Below are positions 1 to 8,999 of a DNA stretch of 64,000 nucleotides, piece after piece (the first letter of the stretch is position 1; every line of letters starts with the position of its first letter). The stretch lies in the sequence record KP869112. The stretch is one strand, 5' to 3'. The position numbers and the translations under genes are program-made. The DNA is from Escherichia coli O157 typing phage 14. The notes under the pieces are model-generated. The model worked only from the letters and a program-made list of their open reading frames with translations, did no database searches and was not told where the DNA came from.

Positions 1-1
1 T

Positions 2-124
2 GGTGACTCCTTGGCAGAGGAACTTCATGCCAAGAAACAGGCTGAAGATGAAACCAGAAAGAACTATCCTTTGATTGCAGATAGTTCAGTTGAAGATCCG
101 TATTGCGAAAGCTGTGCACTATAA
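2..124 (+). CDS. nrdA: ribonucleotide reductase class I alpha subunit, C-terminal fragment (5' end outside window)
   Basis: Frame open from window edge to TAA 122-124; tail ...SVEDPYCESCAL has the paired-cysteine C-terminus typical of NrdA; directly upstream of nrdB. Confidence 0.5.
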   Translation, partial: GDSLAEELHAKKQAEDETRKNYPLIADSSVEDPYCESCAL

Positions 125-131
125 TTTTAAA

Positions 132-149
132 GGGGCTTCGGCCCCATTT
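132..149 (+). terminator. hairpin GGGGC-TTCG-GCCCC followed by ATTTT between nrdA and nrdB (attenuator or weak terminator)
   Basis: Perfect 5 bp GC stem with TTCG tetraloop and short T tract seen in sequence. Confidence 0.3.
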
Positions 150-162
150 TAGAGGTAGAATA

Positions 163-1251
163 ATGGCTGTATTTAATGCTGAGAACACCGCTCATAAAAC
201 TGGTGACTATCCGCTGTTTCTGGGACAGCAAATGGGTATGTACGACTCTATCAACAAAAAATATCCACAACTGTTCGAACTGTACAAAAAACAAAAAGAA
301 CAAGACTGGGCAGAGGATGAAGTGGATTTGTCGCAATCTATTTCAGATTTTGTAACATGCTCAAAGTCAACTTATGACGTGATGGTGCAGACCTTGATGT
401 GGCAATGGGAGGCTGATAGCGTTGCGGCAAGATCAATCATCTGCCTCTTTTCACCATTCATCACTAATAGTGAGCTTTTCACTCTATTGATGAAACAGTC
501 AGAGATTGAAGTTCTTCACGCACTAACTTACTCAGAGATTGTTAGACAATGCCTCCCCAATGCCCGTGAGATTATAGAAGAGATTCAGGAAAACCAAAAC
601 GTTCTGAGCAGATCTGGCGTTATTGTAAAATACATGCAAGAGCTTGAGATTATTGGTGCAAAATACCGACTGGATCCTTCTAGTGTTGAAGAAGATATTG
701 TGCGGAAATGCATTCTTAGAGCGCTTTTTGCACTTTTAGCCCTGGAAAGTATTGAGTTTATTGCAAGTTTTGCATGCACTTTCGCAGTAGCTGAACAGGG
801 TATTTTTGTTCAGGTGGCGCAGCTTGTTCAAAAAATCATGCTTGACGAAATGCTACACTCGAAAGGTGATTTTGCCATCATTGATATCCTGCTTAATGAT
901 CCAGCATGGGAGAAAAGCTTCCTTGAGATAAAAGGGGAGTTAAAAGAGATTCTTGATGAAGTACGAACCAAAGAGTACGGTTGGAGTGACTATATTTTCA
1001 GCGAAGGAAGAGCGATTATAGGTCTTAACTCACCGTTGCTTAAAGAATGGGTTGACTATAACTGCTCACCGATTTATGATTACTACGGCATCGACAAAGA
1101 CTTTGTGCCGCCAACAAAGGACCCTCTACCGTTTATGCAGGTGTGGATGAAACCTTCATTGCAACAGACGGCGAACCAAGAAATGTCGAACACTGACTAC
1201 CGCGTCAACACAACTGTTAATGACGCTGAAGAAGAAATTTGGGAGTTTTAA
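163..1251 (+). CDS. nrdB: ribonucleotide reductase class I beta subunit (R2)
   Basis: ATG at 163 preceded by AGAGG; two ExxH iron-ligand motifs (EIEVLH, DEMLH) in the spacing expected for R2; ORF-track start 103 is an upstream extension overlapping the nrdA stop. Confidence 0.8.
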   Translation: MAVFNAENTAHKTGDYPLFLGQQMGMYDSINKKYPQLFELYKKQKEQDWAEDEVDLSQSISDFVTCSKSTYDVMVQTLMWQWEADSVAARSIICLFSPFITNSELFTLLMKQSEIEVLHALTYSEIVRQCLPNAREIIEEIQENQNVLSRSGVIVKYMQELEIIGAKYRLDPSSVEEDIVRKCILRALFALLALESIEFIASFACTFAVAEQGIFVQVAQLVQKIMLDEMLHSKGDFAIIDILLNDPAWEKSFLEIKGELKEILDEVRTKEYGWSDYIFSEGRAIIGLNSPLLKEWVDYNCSPIYDYYGIDKDFVPPTKDPLPFMQVWMKPSLQQTANQEMSNTDYRVNTTVNDAEEEIWEF

Positions 1252-1254
1252 TAC

Positions 1255-1533
1255 ATGAGCTGTGAAAAATCTTTTTTCTTTATTATTTACGGTAAAGATA
1301 ACTGCCCACATTGTGTAAGAGCAAAAGAATTTGCAGTCAGTAAGGGTCTGCCTTTTGTATATAAGACACTTGGCGAGGGTTACACAAAAGAAGAGCTTAT
1401 TGAGAAGTGCAGTCCAATCGTACCCAGAACGTTGCCGCAGATCTTCTTAGAAAGTAATCTTGAAAGTGTCCATATAGGCGGTGCCGACGATTTCATCTCT
1501 TTTGTTAAGAATGGTTTTGGAGAGAAAAAGTGA
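1255..1533 (+). CDS. glutaredoxin-like redoxin (NrdH/NrdC-type hydrogen donor)
   Basis: 92 aa, CPHC active-site motif near N-terminus, thioredoxin-fold length, sits between nrdB and nrdD. Confidence 0.65.
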   Translation: MSCEKSFFFIIYGKDNCPHCVRAKEFAVSKGLPFVYKTLGEGYTKEELIEKCSPIVPRTLPQIFLESNLESVHIGGADDFISFVKNGFGEKK

Positions 1534-3653
1534 AAGTTGTAAAACGGGACGGTAGAGAAGAGGTCTATAACGGAATTAAGGTGATCAAGGCGGCAGAGTC
1601 CGCCTTACTTGAGTCTGGACATACTGAAGAAGAAGCTTACCGGATCGCCTGCGCGGTTAATGAAGTTGTTGCTAACAATCTACCAACCGACCAGTGCACG
1701 ATCTCTGTAAAAAATATCCATATCCTTGTTGAAGACGCTCTTATGGATATGGGTTTAAAATGTGCAGCCAGAGAATACATCCAGTATAGGCAGACAAGAG
1801 ATAATAACAGAGAGGCAGGTGGAAAACTGCTTGCAGATATTAGTGGCTTCTTGGATCGCACTTGTGATGAATTTACAAAAGAAAACGCAAATAAGCCTAC
1901 CAATCATGTACACACTCATCGTGACCTGCTTGCAGGCATCCTTAGCAAACACCTTGCATCAACACAGATCCTGCCAGACCGTGTCTCAGAAGAGCACAAT
2001 AGAGGCTTCATCCATGTGCATGATCTTGACTACTTGATCAGTCCGTTAACAAACTGTTGTTTGGTAAATTATCCAGATATGTTGGAAAACGGATTCAACA
2101 TTGGTAACGCCCATGTCAGTAAGCCTAAGTCAATAGGGGTTGCAACAACAATCCTTAGCCAAATCTCTAGTGCAGTAGCTAGTGCTCAATATGGGGGTCA
2201 GACTATGAGCCATATTGATCATTATCTGGCACAGTATGCTGAAGCGACCTATGAGAAGAACCTTAAATTTTGCCAGGAACATTGGTTGCCAGATGCTGAG
2301 ACTGTTGCAATGCAAATGACAGATAAAGACGTATTTGACAGCATGCAGACTTTGCTCTATCAAATCAATACGTTAACTTCTGTCAACGGGCAAACTCCAT
2401 TCATCACATTAAGTTTAGGACTGGATACCTCGGTCTTTGGTAGAATGATTACCAAAAATTACTTGAAAGTCCACAAAATGGGTCTTGGTGAAGAACGTAT
2501 CACACCTGTGTTCCCTAAAGTGCTATTCTTCCTAGAAGAGGGTGTCAACATGAACCCTGGAGATCCTAACTATGATTTGAAACGATTAGCTCTGGAATGC
2601 TCTGCAGAGCGGATTTATCCTGACTTTGTTTCTGTTCCACTAAATCGTAAAGTGACAGGCTCGACAGATGGTAAAGTAACGAGCATGGGTTGCCGGAGTT
2701 TTCTTAGCAAATATAATGACTTGGAAACAGGCGAGGAGAAATACCTTGGCAGATTTAACTTAGGCGTTGTTAGCCTTAACCTACCAATGATTGCGGCAAA
2801 AGCTAAAACGGAAGGTGTTGATTTCTTTGCAGTTCTTGACGAATACCTGGATCTTGCATACGAGGCTCACCTTGTAAGGGTTAACCGTCTAAAAGGAACA
2901 AAGGCAGGGCAGAACCCTATCATGTGGTGTGAAGGCGCTCTTGCTCGCCTGGATCCTGAAGAGAGTATTGATAAACTCTTCTATGACGGGTACGCTTCCA
3001 TCAGTATTGGGTATATTGGTGTGTATGAAACCTGTCAGATTTTGGGCAGGGAGGGTGACAAGGCTTTAGCTCTTGGAATACTTCAGCACATGAGAGATGC
3101 TTGTGAGCGATACAAGAAGGAAAGTAGACTAGCGTTTAGCTTGTACGGCACCCCTTCTGAGAGTCTATGCTATAAAGCTGCAACCTGTCTGGATCGTGAA
3201 TATCCCGAAGTGTTGAAGCACGAGCATGAATATCTCACCAACAGTTTCCATCAGCCAGTATGGATCAATAGCTCTCCTTTTGATAAGTGGGAGTATGAGG
3301 AAGGTTTTGCTATGATCTCCTCTGGTGGCAACATCGGATATGTAGAGACACCAAATCTGAAAAACAACTTAGATGCTTTAGAGGCTCTTGTTGACTTCGG
3401 GTATAAACACATTATGTATTTTGGTATTAACCAACCTGTGGATAAATGTCTCAAGTGTGGTTTCTCTGGTGAGTTTAGTGCAACAGCTAAAGGCTTTGTA
3501 TGCCCAGAGTGTGGAAACCATGAAGAGGGAACGATCAGTGTAATTCGACGTGTGTCTGGATACCTTTCCAGTCCTAACTCCCGTCCTTATAATAAAGGTA
3601 AGCAAGCGGAAGTTATCGAGCGAGTTAAGCACTATGGAAGTTGTAGTTGCTGA
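1530..3653 (+). CDS. nrdD: anaerobic ribonucleoside-triphosphate reductase (class III)
   Basis: 707 aa; N-terminal ATP-cone (VVKRDGREEVYNGIKV); C-terminal zinc ribbon CLKCG...CPECG; glycyl radical motif RRVSGYL near C-terminus; GTG start overlapping upstream stop. Confidence 0.9.
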   Translation: MKVVKRDGREEVYNGIKVIKAAESALLESGHTEEEAYRIACAVNEVVANNLPTDQCTISVKNIHILVEDALMDMGLKCAAREYIQYRQTRDNNREAGGKLLADISGFLDRTCDEFTKENANKPTNHVHTHRDLLAGILSKHLASTQILPDRVSEEHNRGFIHVHDLDYLISPLTNCCLVNYPDMLENGFNIGNAHVSKPKSIGVATTILSQISSAVASAQYGGQTMSHIDHYLAQYAEATYEKNLKFCQEHWLPDAETVAMQMTDKDVFDSMQTLLYQINTLTSVNGQTPFITLSLGLDTSVFGRMITKNYLKVHKMGLGEERITPVFPKVLFFLEEGVNMNPGDPNYDLKRLALECSAERIYPDFVSVPLNRKVTGSTDGKVTSMGCRSFLSKYNDLETGEEKYLGRFNLGVVSLNLPMIAAKAKTEGVDFFAVLDEYLDLAYEAHLVRVNRLKGTKAGQNPIMWCEGALARLDPEESIDKLFYDGYASISIGYIGVYETCQILGREGDKALALGILQHMRDACERYKKESRLAFSLYGTPSESLCYKAATCLDREYPEVLKHEHEYLTNSFHQPVWINSSPFDKWEYEEGFAMISSGGNIGYVETPNLKNNLDALEALVDFGYKHIMYFGINQPVDKCLKCGFSGEFSATAKGFVCPECGNHEEGTISVIRRVSGYLSSPNSRPYNKGKQAEVIERVKHYGSCSC

Positions 3654-3719
3654 TACTTGACAAAAGCCACAAGGATGTGGCACCCTTAGTTCAAAGACGA
3701 GAACTAAGAGGATTCAGCA

Positions 3720-4880
3720 GTGAGAAAACTTACAACCGAAGATTTTATAGAGGGGGCGAAAGCAGTTCATGGTGATAAATATGATTATTCCAAAGTCAAA
3801 TATGTGGGTGCACACACCAAGGTTGTAATTATATGCCCTGAGCATGGAGAATTTAAGAAAACTCTTGGAGATCACCTCCGTAAAAAACAGGGTTGCCCAA
3901 AATGTCAGATTGAAGCAGAAAGAGCGGCTTCTGCTGAAAAATTTAAAGCGGAGGCCGAGGCTAAGTATAATTATAAATATGATTACTCTAAGGTAGAGTA
4001 TGTAAATGCTAAAACTAAAGTTGTGATTGTTTGTCCTGTTCACGGCGAGTTTGAGCAAAAGCCTTATAACCATCTCCGCGAGGGGGGTTGCCGTAAGTGT
4101 GGAGGGACTGAGAGAAAGACTACTGAAGAGTGGATCGCTGAGGCAAAAGCGCTTCATGGCGATAAGTATGATTACTCTCTTGTAAATTATAAAACCTGTA
4201 ATGATAAAGTGGAGATAATCTGTAATACATGTGGTGCTCACTTCCCACAAAGACCTCATGACCATGCACCAAGTGGAAACGGTTGCCCCGAGTGCGGGAA
4301 GAAGAAGGTGGCCGAGGTTAGTAGGAAGACGCAGAGAAAGAAAGCATCTGAGGTAGCTAAAAGGTTTGAGGCAAGAGCCAGAGCTATCCATAAAGATAAA
4401 TACGATTATTCCAGGGTGGAATATGTTAATAGGGAGACAGAGGTCACTATCATCTGTCCGATTCACGGGGAGTTCACACAAAAACCGTTTGTCCACATCA
4501 ACCAAAAAGCTGGCTGTCAAAAATGTGCTAAAGTCGGCTTCTTATCTCATGAACATGGTAGCCTTTATATCATGGTTGACGATCTGGAAGTACCAACTAT
4601 GATGAAAATTGGTGTGAGTGTCCGGGTAGATGAACGAAGAAAAGATGTGTTAAAAAGAGCTAAAAAAGCTGGTGCTAGATTCTCTGATCTACATGTTATA
4701 AAAACTTGGGAAGGAACAACAGACGACATGCAAACTTTAGAAAAAGCTATGCACCAAGCCTTGAGCCAATACAAAATCAACTTCACAGAGAAGTTTGATG
4801 GCTGTCGAGAGTTCTTCTACTACAGACCGGAGGTATTCGAGCTAGTAGAAGAACATTTGAAGAAATTTGCTAATAAATAA
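3720..4880 (+). CDS. homing-endonuclease-like protein: four tandem zinc-ribbon repeats plus C-terminal T5orf172/GIY-YIG-like domain
   Basis: Four ~60 aa repeats KYDYSxVxY...IICPxHGEFxQxPxxH...GCxxC; C-terminus SLYIMVDD...KIGVS...GCREFFY resembles T5orf172; inserted between nrdD and nrdG; GTG start with AAGAGGA RBS. Confidence 0.6.
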   Translation: MRKLTTEDFIEGAKAVHGDKYDYSKVKYVGAHTKVVIICPEHGEFKKTLGDHLRKKQGCPKCQIEAERAASAEKFKAEAEAKYNYKYDYSKVEYVNAKTKVVIVCPVHGEFEQKPYNHLREGGCRKCGGTERKTTEEWIAEAKALHGDKYDYSLVNYKTCNDKVEIICNTCGAHFPQRPHDHAPSGNGCPECGKKKVAEVSRKTQRKKASEVAKRFEARARAIHKDKYDYSRVEYVNRETEVTIICPIHGEFTQKPFVHINQKAGCQKCAKVGFLSHEHGSLYIMVDDLEVPTMMKIGVSVRVDERRKDVLKRAKKAGARFSDLHVIKTWEGTTDDMQTLEKAMHQALSQYKINFTEKFDGCREFFYYRPEVFELVEEHLKKFANK

Positions 4881-4941
4881 TAACACACAAAGGGCCAGCT
4901 TTATTCTAGCCCTTCAGTCCGTTGTAAATTAAGGAGTTGTT

Positions 4942-5067
4942 ATGTCATCTGGTGGCTTTAAAGTAAAAATTTGTAAACACTGCGGTTGTAAGTGCAACCT
5001 TCGTTGGTGCAAGTCACTAGACGATTTTATTTGGCATTGCCCTAAATGTGATGCGGAGTATCTATGA
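4942..5067 (+). CDS. small zinc-ribbon protein (41 aa)
   Basis: AAGGAG RBS 7 nt before ATG; CxxC...CxxC; stop overlaps nrdG start (ATGA). Confidence 0.4.
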   Translation: MSSGGFKVKICKHCGCKCNLRWCKSLDDFIWHCPKCDAEYL

Positions 5068-5537
5068 ACATTGTCGGATACACAGAAATATCTTACACCG
5101 AAGGGCCAGGTATTAGAACTGCCTTGTGGGTATCTGGGTGCCCACACGCTTGCCCTGGTTGCTTTAATCAGGCATTTTGGTCAAAAGATAAGGGGAGGGA
5201 GTTCACTGAAGAAGATTTGCAAAAAATCTTGTCAGATTTAGATAACCCGTCTGTGTGCGGTATCTCTCTGCTGGGTGGAGAACCCTTAGCCTACTATAAT
5301 GAGCCAGATATTATTAGCCTGATGGAGAAAATTAAGGAAAAATTTGGTGACAAGAAAACTATTCTTGTATATACTGGGTTCACATTTGATCATATCTCTA
5401 GTGATGTTCTTAAACTGGCTGATATCATCATTGACGGTAAGTATGTAAAAGATTTACCAACCAAGAAACCGTTCCGAGGTAGCGATAACCAAAGAATGTT
5501 TAAAAAAGTAGCAGGCGGTTGGGTTCAGGTAGACTAG
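5064..5537 (+). CDS. nrdG: anaerobic ribonucleotide reductase activating protein (radical SAM)
   Basis: 157 aa; CPHACPGC cluster (CxxxCxxC) near N-terminus; adjacent to nrdD. Confidence 0.85.
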   Translation: MNIVGYTEISYTEGPGIRTALWVSGCPHACPGCFNQAFWSKDKGREFTEEDLQKILSDLDNPSVCGISLLGGEPLAYYNEPDIISLMEKIKEKFGDKKTILVYTGFTFDHISSDVLKLADIIIDGKYVKDLPTKKPFRGSDNQRMFKKVAGGWVQVD

Positions 5538-5540
5538 TTG

Positions 5541-5570
5541 TTGACAAAGCTTTGTTTAGATAGGTATAAT
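5541..5570 (+). promoter_or_regulatory. sigma70-like promoter (TTGACA, 18 nt spacer, TATAAT)
   Basis: Perfect -35 and -10 hexamers upstream of the 5602 and 5712 genes. Confidence 0.5.
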
Positions 5571-5601
5571 TATCGTAAAATGAAAGCAGAGGAGGTGCCA
5601 A

Positions 5602-5715
5602 ATGGCTAAAAAAGCCTTGAAGAAGGCGTACAAAAAAGAGATTGCGCTTGAGCTTAAGAAAAAACACAAGCGTGAAAAGAAATATCATGAGGATGAAGAG
5701 GGGGTGCAACAGTGA
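5602..5715 (+). CDS. small highly basic protein (37 aa)
   Basis: GAGGAGG RBS before ATG; lysine-rich MAKKALKKAYKK...; below ORF-track size cutoff. Confidence 0.4.
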   Translation: MAKKALKKAYKKEIALELKKKHKREKKYHEDEEGVQQ

Positions 5716-6062
5716 CACAAGAACGTATCGATTTGGCTAATAAGTTTGTAGATCTCATTTTGCCACGGTTAGTTACTCAACATGCAGACGCTATTTCTAC
5801 TAATCTTGATGGCTTACGCCTAATGCTGAATCGCACAGATGATCCTCGTATTCGAGCTGATTTAGAAGCCTCTGCCAACAAACTGGAAAAGTTCTTGCAA
5901 GTAGATACGCAAGAAGCCTTACACAAGATTATGGTGGAAGGTTTCTCTAAAGAATTTACCATTAAAGAGCTTAAGGAGCTGATCCACCAAGAAGAGATGA
6001 ATATCCGAGTTCAGGCTGTTGCAAGCAGCATGGAAGCGGCTATTGAAAAACTGTTGCAGTAA
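5712..6062 (+). CDS. hypothetical protein
   Basis: ORF-track ORF, GTG start overlapping upstream stop; no recognisable motif. Confidence 0.45.
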   Translation: MTQERIDLANKFVDLILPRLVTQHADAISTNLDGLRLMLNRTDDPRIRADLEASANKLEKFLQVDTQEALHKIMVEGFSKEFTIKELKELIHQEEMNIRVQAVASSMEAAIEKLLQ

Positions 6063-6100
6063 AAGTACTTGGCACATCTCAATCTGAAAGGAGTCCCAAC

Positions 6101-6889
6101 ATGGGTCGAGCTAAAGAAACAAAACGCATGCGTGATGAAGCTAGAGAGGCTCGCAAATCTGATCGCCTGCGTAAGGCTGCTGAGAAATTTGCTGACGAAC
6201 GAGAGCACACCGCTCCAGCTCTCCGACCAATGAATAAAAAGCAGCAAAAGTATCTTGATTATCTAGGGTCACGTAAGATTATTATTGTAAACGGTGTGTT
6301 TGGATCCGGTAAGACATTCATGGCATCTGCATATGCAGGTGATCTTCTGCGTAAGAATGAGATTGATAAGATCATTGTTGCACGTCCTTATGTACAGACC
6401 GGAAAATCAAGCGGATACAAACCGGGAACGTCAATGCAGAAGCTTTGGCCTTACCTTCGTAGTATGATGGACACTATTTGTCGTCGTGTTGGCAAAGGTG
6501 CTTTTGCCGCAATGCTGGGAGATGGTCAGAACAGCCGTATCGAGATTTGTGAAGTTGAAAGCATTCGTGGTCGTAGTTTCGATGAGCGATGCTTTGTCCT
6601 GATTGACGAGGCACAGCAAACTAACCCTGAAGAAATGTTGTCAATTATTACAAGGATCTCTGATCAGGCCACCCTTGTAATTATGGGTGATAATAGTCAA
6701 CGTGACATCCCTGGTAAATCTGGCCTTGCATGGGTGACGGATTTCTTTACTCGTCATCCAGATCCTGAGGTTGGAATGATCAGCTTTGATAGTCCAGACG
6801 ATGTCGTTCGTTCCGGGTTGGGCCGTCAGATTGCTCTCAATCTTATAGAGGATCGTGCAAATCATATTTGGACCCCTGTTTCCGAGTAA
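6101..6889 (+). CDS. phoH: PhoH-like ATPase
   Basis: Walker A GVFGSGKT, Walker B VLIDEAQ, GDNSQRD motif; RBS AAAGGAG. Confidence 0.8.
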   Translation: MGRAKETKRMRDEAREARKSDRLRKAAEKFADEREHTAPALRPMNKKQQKYLDYLGSRKIIIVNGVFGSGKTFMASAYAGDLLRKNEIDKIIVARPYVQTGKSSGYKPGTSMQKLWPYLRSMMDTICRRVGKGAFAAMLGDGQNSRIEICEVESIRGRSFDERCFVLIDEAQQTNPEEMLSIITRISDQATLVIMGDNSQRDIPGKSGLAWVTDFFTRHPDPEVGMISFDSPDDVVRSGLGRQIALNLIEDRANHIWTPVSE

Positions 6890-6894
6890 TACAG

Positions 6895-6920
6895 AAGGGT
6901 GGTTATTCCACCCTTAAATA
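6895..6920 (+). terminator. stable hairpin AAGGGTGG-TTAT-CCACCCTT after phoH (weak terminator, no strong U tract)
   Basis: 8 bp inverted repeat seen immediately after stop. Confidence 0.3.
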
Positions 6921-6933
6921 TCTAAAACAGTTG

Positions 6934-6962
6934 TTGACAAACAGGTAAGCTTTAGATATTAT
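6934..6962 (+). promoter_or_regulatory. sigma70-like promoter (TTGACA, 17 nt, TATTAT)
   Basis: Hexamers at 6934-6939 and 6957-6962 upstream of gene at 6993. Confidence 0.45.
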
Positions 6963-6992
6963 TATCGGACAAGACAAGTAGAAGGAGATAGT

Positions 6993-7304
6993 ATGGCTAC
7001 AATACAAGAAAGACTGAATAAAATATACTGCCTGTTTGTCTATAAAGGCGAGACAATTTTGGCAAATAAAGGATACAAGAATGTGTGGATCAAGGACAGT
7101 GGTGGTAATATAATCAACTTAGCGTTGCTACGTGAGCGCCGACACAGATTCTTTATCGAGTCTCGGATTATTGAAAGCAGCACCTGCTACAGAACCGGCG
7201 ATAAAGTAATTGTTGACAATGATACGTGGTATGTGGTAGACTGGCAATCATTGAGCTGTGATGCTTCTGACAATCGTAAGTATTCCCTAGTGATTGCTAA
7301 ATAA
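6993..7304 (+). CDS. hypothetical protein
   Basis: RBS GAAGGAG before ATG; no recognisable motif. Confidence 0.5.
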   Translation: MATIQERLNKIYCLFVYKGETILANKGYKNVWIKDSGGNIINLALLRERRHRFFIESRIIESSTCYRTGDKVIVDNDTWYVVDWQSLSCDASDNRKYSLVIAK

Positions 7305-7364
7305 AGGTAAATGTGAATCAGGTTTAAATAAATAGCTTTCAACTTCCAATATTAAGGATTTCTC

Positions 7365-8414
7365 ATGAATTTAACACCTCGCAGCACCATGGTACACGGC
7401 ATGAAAGAAAAACAGAACGGTTTCGAACCTATGAGTAATAAAATGTTTGGTATGCCGGGTGGTATTATGGAAACATACAGCTACCCAACACCTGTTGTTG
7501 ACCACGTTCTTTATATCGACGATTTGGAAGACTTACAAGATCATATGTCTCGTCTGCAGACGATCCGTATGGCTCAGCCGGAAGAAAGCATTCGGGTGAT
7601 CATCAATAGCCCTGGGGGTTGCGTGCACATTGCAATGGCTTATCTGCAGGCATTCCGCGAGTCTCAGGCAAGCGTTGTTGCACATGCTGAAGGGATGTGC
7701 TGCTCTGCTGGAACAATCTTATGGCTTGGTTGTAAAGAACGTACTGTGGCTCCGGACACAGAATTTATGTTCCACTACTATCAAGGTGGCACTTATGGTA
7801 ACGGTGTGAACATGAATACTCAGGTCAGCTACTGGAAAAAACGTTTTGAACGCCTGATCGAAAAATACTACGGTGGGGTGCTGACAGAAGATGAGATCGC
7901 ATCCATCACAGCTGGTGGCGAAGTGTGGTTGGACGGAGAAGAGCTGGCAGCACGCACTGGAGCTATTATTCTGGATGAAGGCAACATACAACGCATCCAG
8001 AACGGACAAAAACCGAAAAAGCTTCTGGCAAAAGGTGATGAAGAGGGCGTGTTAGGTGAAGCAGGTCTTCCGGAGATTCACCAGTGCACATCTTTAGATG
8101 AGTTAGTTCATGCTGTTGAATCTGCAAAAGCGGGTGGTTCGAAAGGTGATGTTCACACTGTGTTCCTGAATCTGCAGATGGAAAGTGGCGAGACCGTCCG
8201 AATTGCCCTGGGTGAGATTACTTCAGAAGATCTGCAGAGATTCTCTGTCGTTGAACTTCAGGATATTCTGTCTCAATTGAAGACTACTCTGAACGGCGGT
8301 GAAGAGGTTAAGGTGAAAGATAAGACTCGCAAGCGTCTGGTGGATAATATTATTAAAACAGCAAAAGAGCTCAATGAAAAAATCCTGGGCGCAGGAATTG
8401 TCGAAGAAGTTTAA
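7365..8414 (+). CDS. ClpP/S14-family serine protease-like protein with ~140 aa C-terminal extension
   Basis: INSPGG motif, candidate catalytic Ser in GMCCSAGT and His in FMFHYYQGG, matching ClpP fold order; RBS AAGGA. Confidence 0.7.
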   Translation: MNLTPRSTMVHGMKEKQNGFEPMSNKMFGMPGGIMETYSYPTPVVDHVLYIDDLEDLQDHMSRLQTIRMAQPEESIRVIINSPGGCVHIAMAYLQAFRESQASVVAHAEGMCCSAGTILWLGCKERTVAPDTEFMFHYYQGGTYGNGVNMNTQVSYWKKRFERLIEKYYGGVLTEDEIASITAGGEVWLDGEELAARTGAIILDEGNIQRIQNGQKPKKLLAKGDEEGVLGEAGLPEIHQCTSLDELVHAVESAKAGGSKGDVHTVFLNLQMESGETVRIALGEITSEDLQRFSVVELQDILSQLKTTLNGGEEVKVKDKTRKRLVDNIIKTAKELNEKILGAGIVEEV

Positions 8415-8426
8415 ACATTAATTCTA

Positions 8427-8450
8427 AAGCCCTCTTCGGAGGGCTTTTAT
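8427..8450 (+). terminator. intrinsic terminator AAGCCCTC-TTCG-GAGGGCTT + TTAT
   Basis: 8 bp stem with TTCG loop and T tract right after the 7365 gene. Confidence 0.6.
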
Positions 8451-8465
8451 GATCTGGAGATTTGC

Positions 8466-8999
8466 ATGACTTGTGCTAGAAAACCTGATGAACAACGTAA
8501 CGCCTACGATGAGTATGTGACACCGGAGTGGTGTGCAGAAGGGCTGTATGACCTTATTCCGTTCCCAGAAGACTGGACCTACTTAGAGCCTTGCAGGAAT
8601 AGTGCCTCAGGTGTGTTCTACTCCCGTATGCCGTTAGGATCTGCATGGGGAGAAATCCAAGAAGGTGTTGACTATCTGAATACAGAATACAACCATGTTG
8701 ACTGTATTATCACCAACCCACCATACAGCTTGGCTCGTGAGTTTGTAGACAAGGCGTTGAAAGATGCTGACGTAGTTATTATGCTTTTACGTCTTAATTT
8801 TCTGGAAAGCAAAGCCAGATTTGAATGGTGGCTTGATAATGCACCTACCACTGTGATCACAATATCTAAGCGTCCGTCATTTCAATCAAATGGCAGAACT
8901 GACGGGCAAGCATATGCATATTTTGTGTGGGATAAGAAAAACCGTTTAGGCTTGCCGCCATTTATGTGGTTGGCACCCCCAGAGGTAGACCTGAAATGA
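8466..8999 (+). CDS. DNA N6-adenine methyltransferase, phage Dam-like
   Basis: 177 aa; YVTPEW and catalytic NPPYS motifs in the order typical of small phage Dam enzymes. Confidence 0.65.
   Translation: MTCARKPDEQRNAYDEYVTPEWCAEGLYDLIPFPEDWTYLEPCRNSASGVFYSRMPLGSAWGEIQEGVDYLNTEYNHVDCIITNPPYSLAREFVDKALKDADVVIMLLRLNFLESKARFEWWLDNAPTTVITISKRPSFQSNGRTDGQAYAYFVWDKKNRLGLPPFMWLAPPEVDLK

Noticed and set aside
1637-3683. Antisense and alternative-frame ORFs inside nrdD (1637-1903 -, 1755-1952 -, 1762-2037 +, 2130-2363 -, 3251-3454 -, 3378-3683 -)
   Set aside because: Shadow ORFs fully inside a strongly supported gene; no RBS.
3720-4880. The four N-terminal repeats as a DNA-level tandem repeat or mobile-element terminal repeat
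   Set aside because: The repeats are in frame and conserved at protein level (zinc-ribbon pattern) but diverged at nucleotide level, so they are protein domain repeats.
1-5537. Group I intron in nrdB or nrdD
   Set aside because: Both reading frames are continuous across all conserved motifs; no interruption or intron-like sequence was seen.
7365-8414. ClpP-like gene as evidence that this is a structural-gene module
   Set aside because: No portal, capsid, terminase or tail genes were recognised anywhere in the window; flanking genes are phoH and a methyltransferase.
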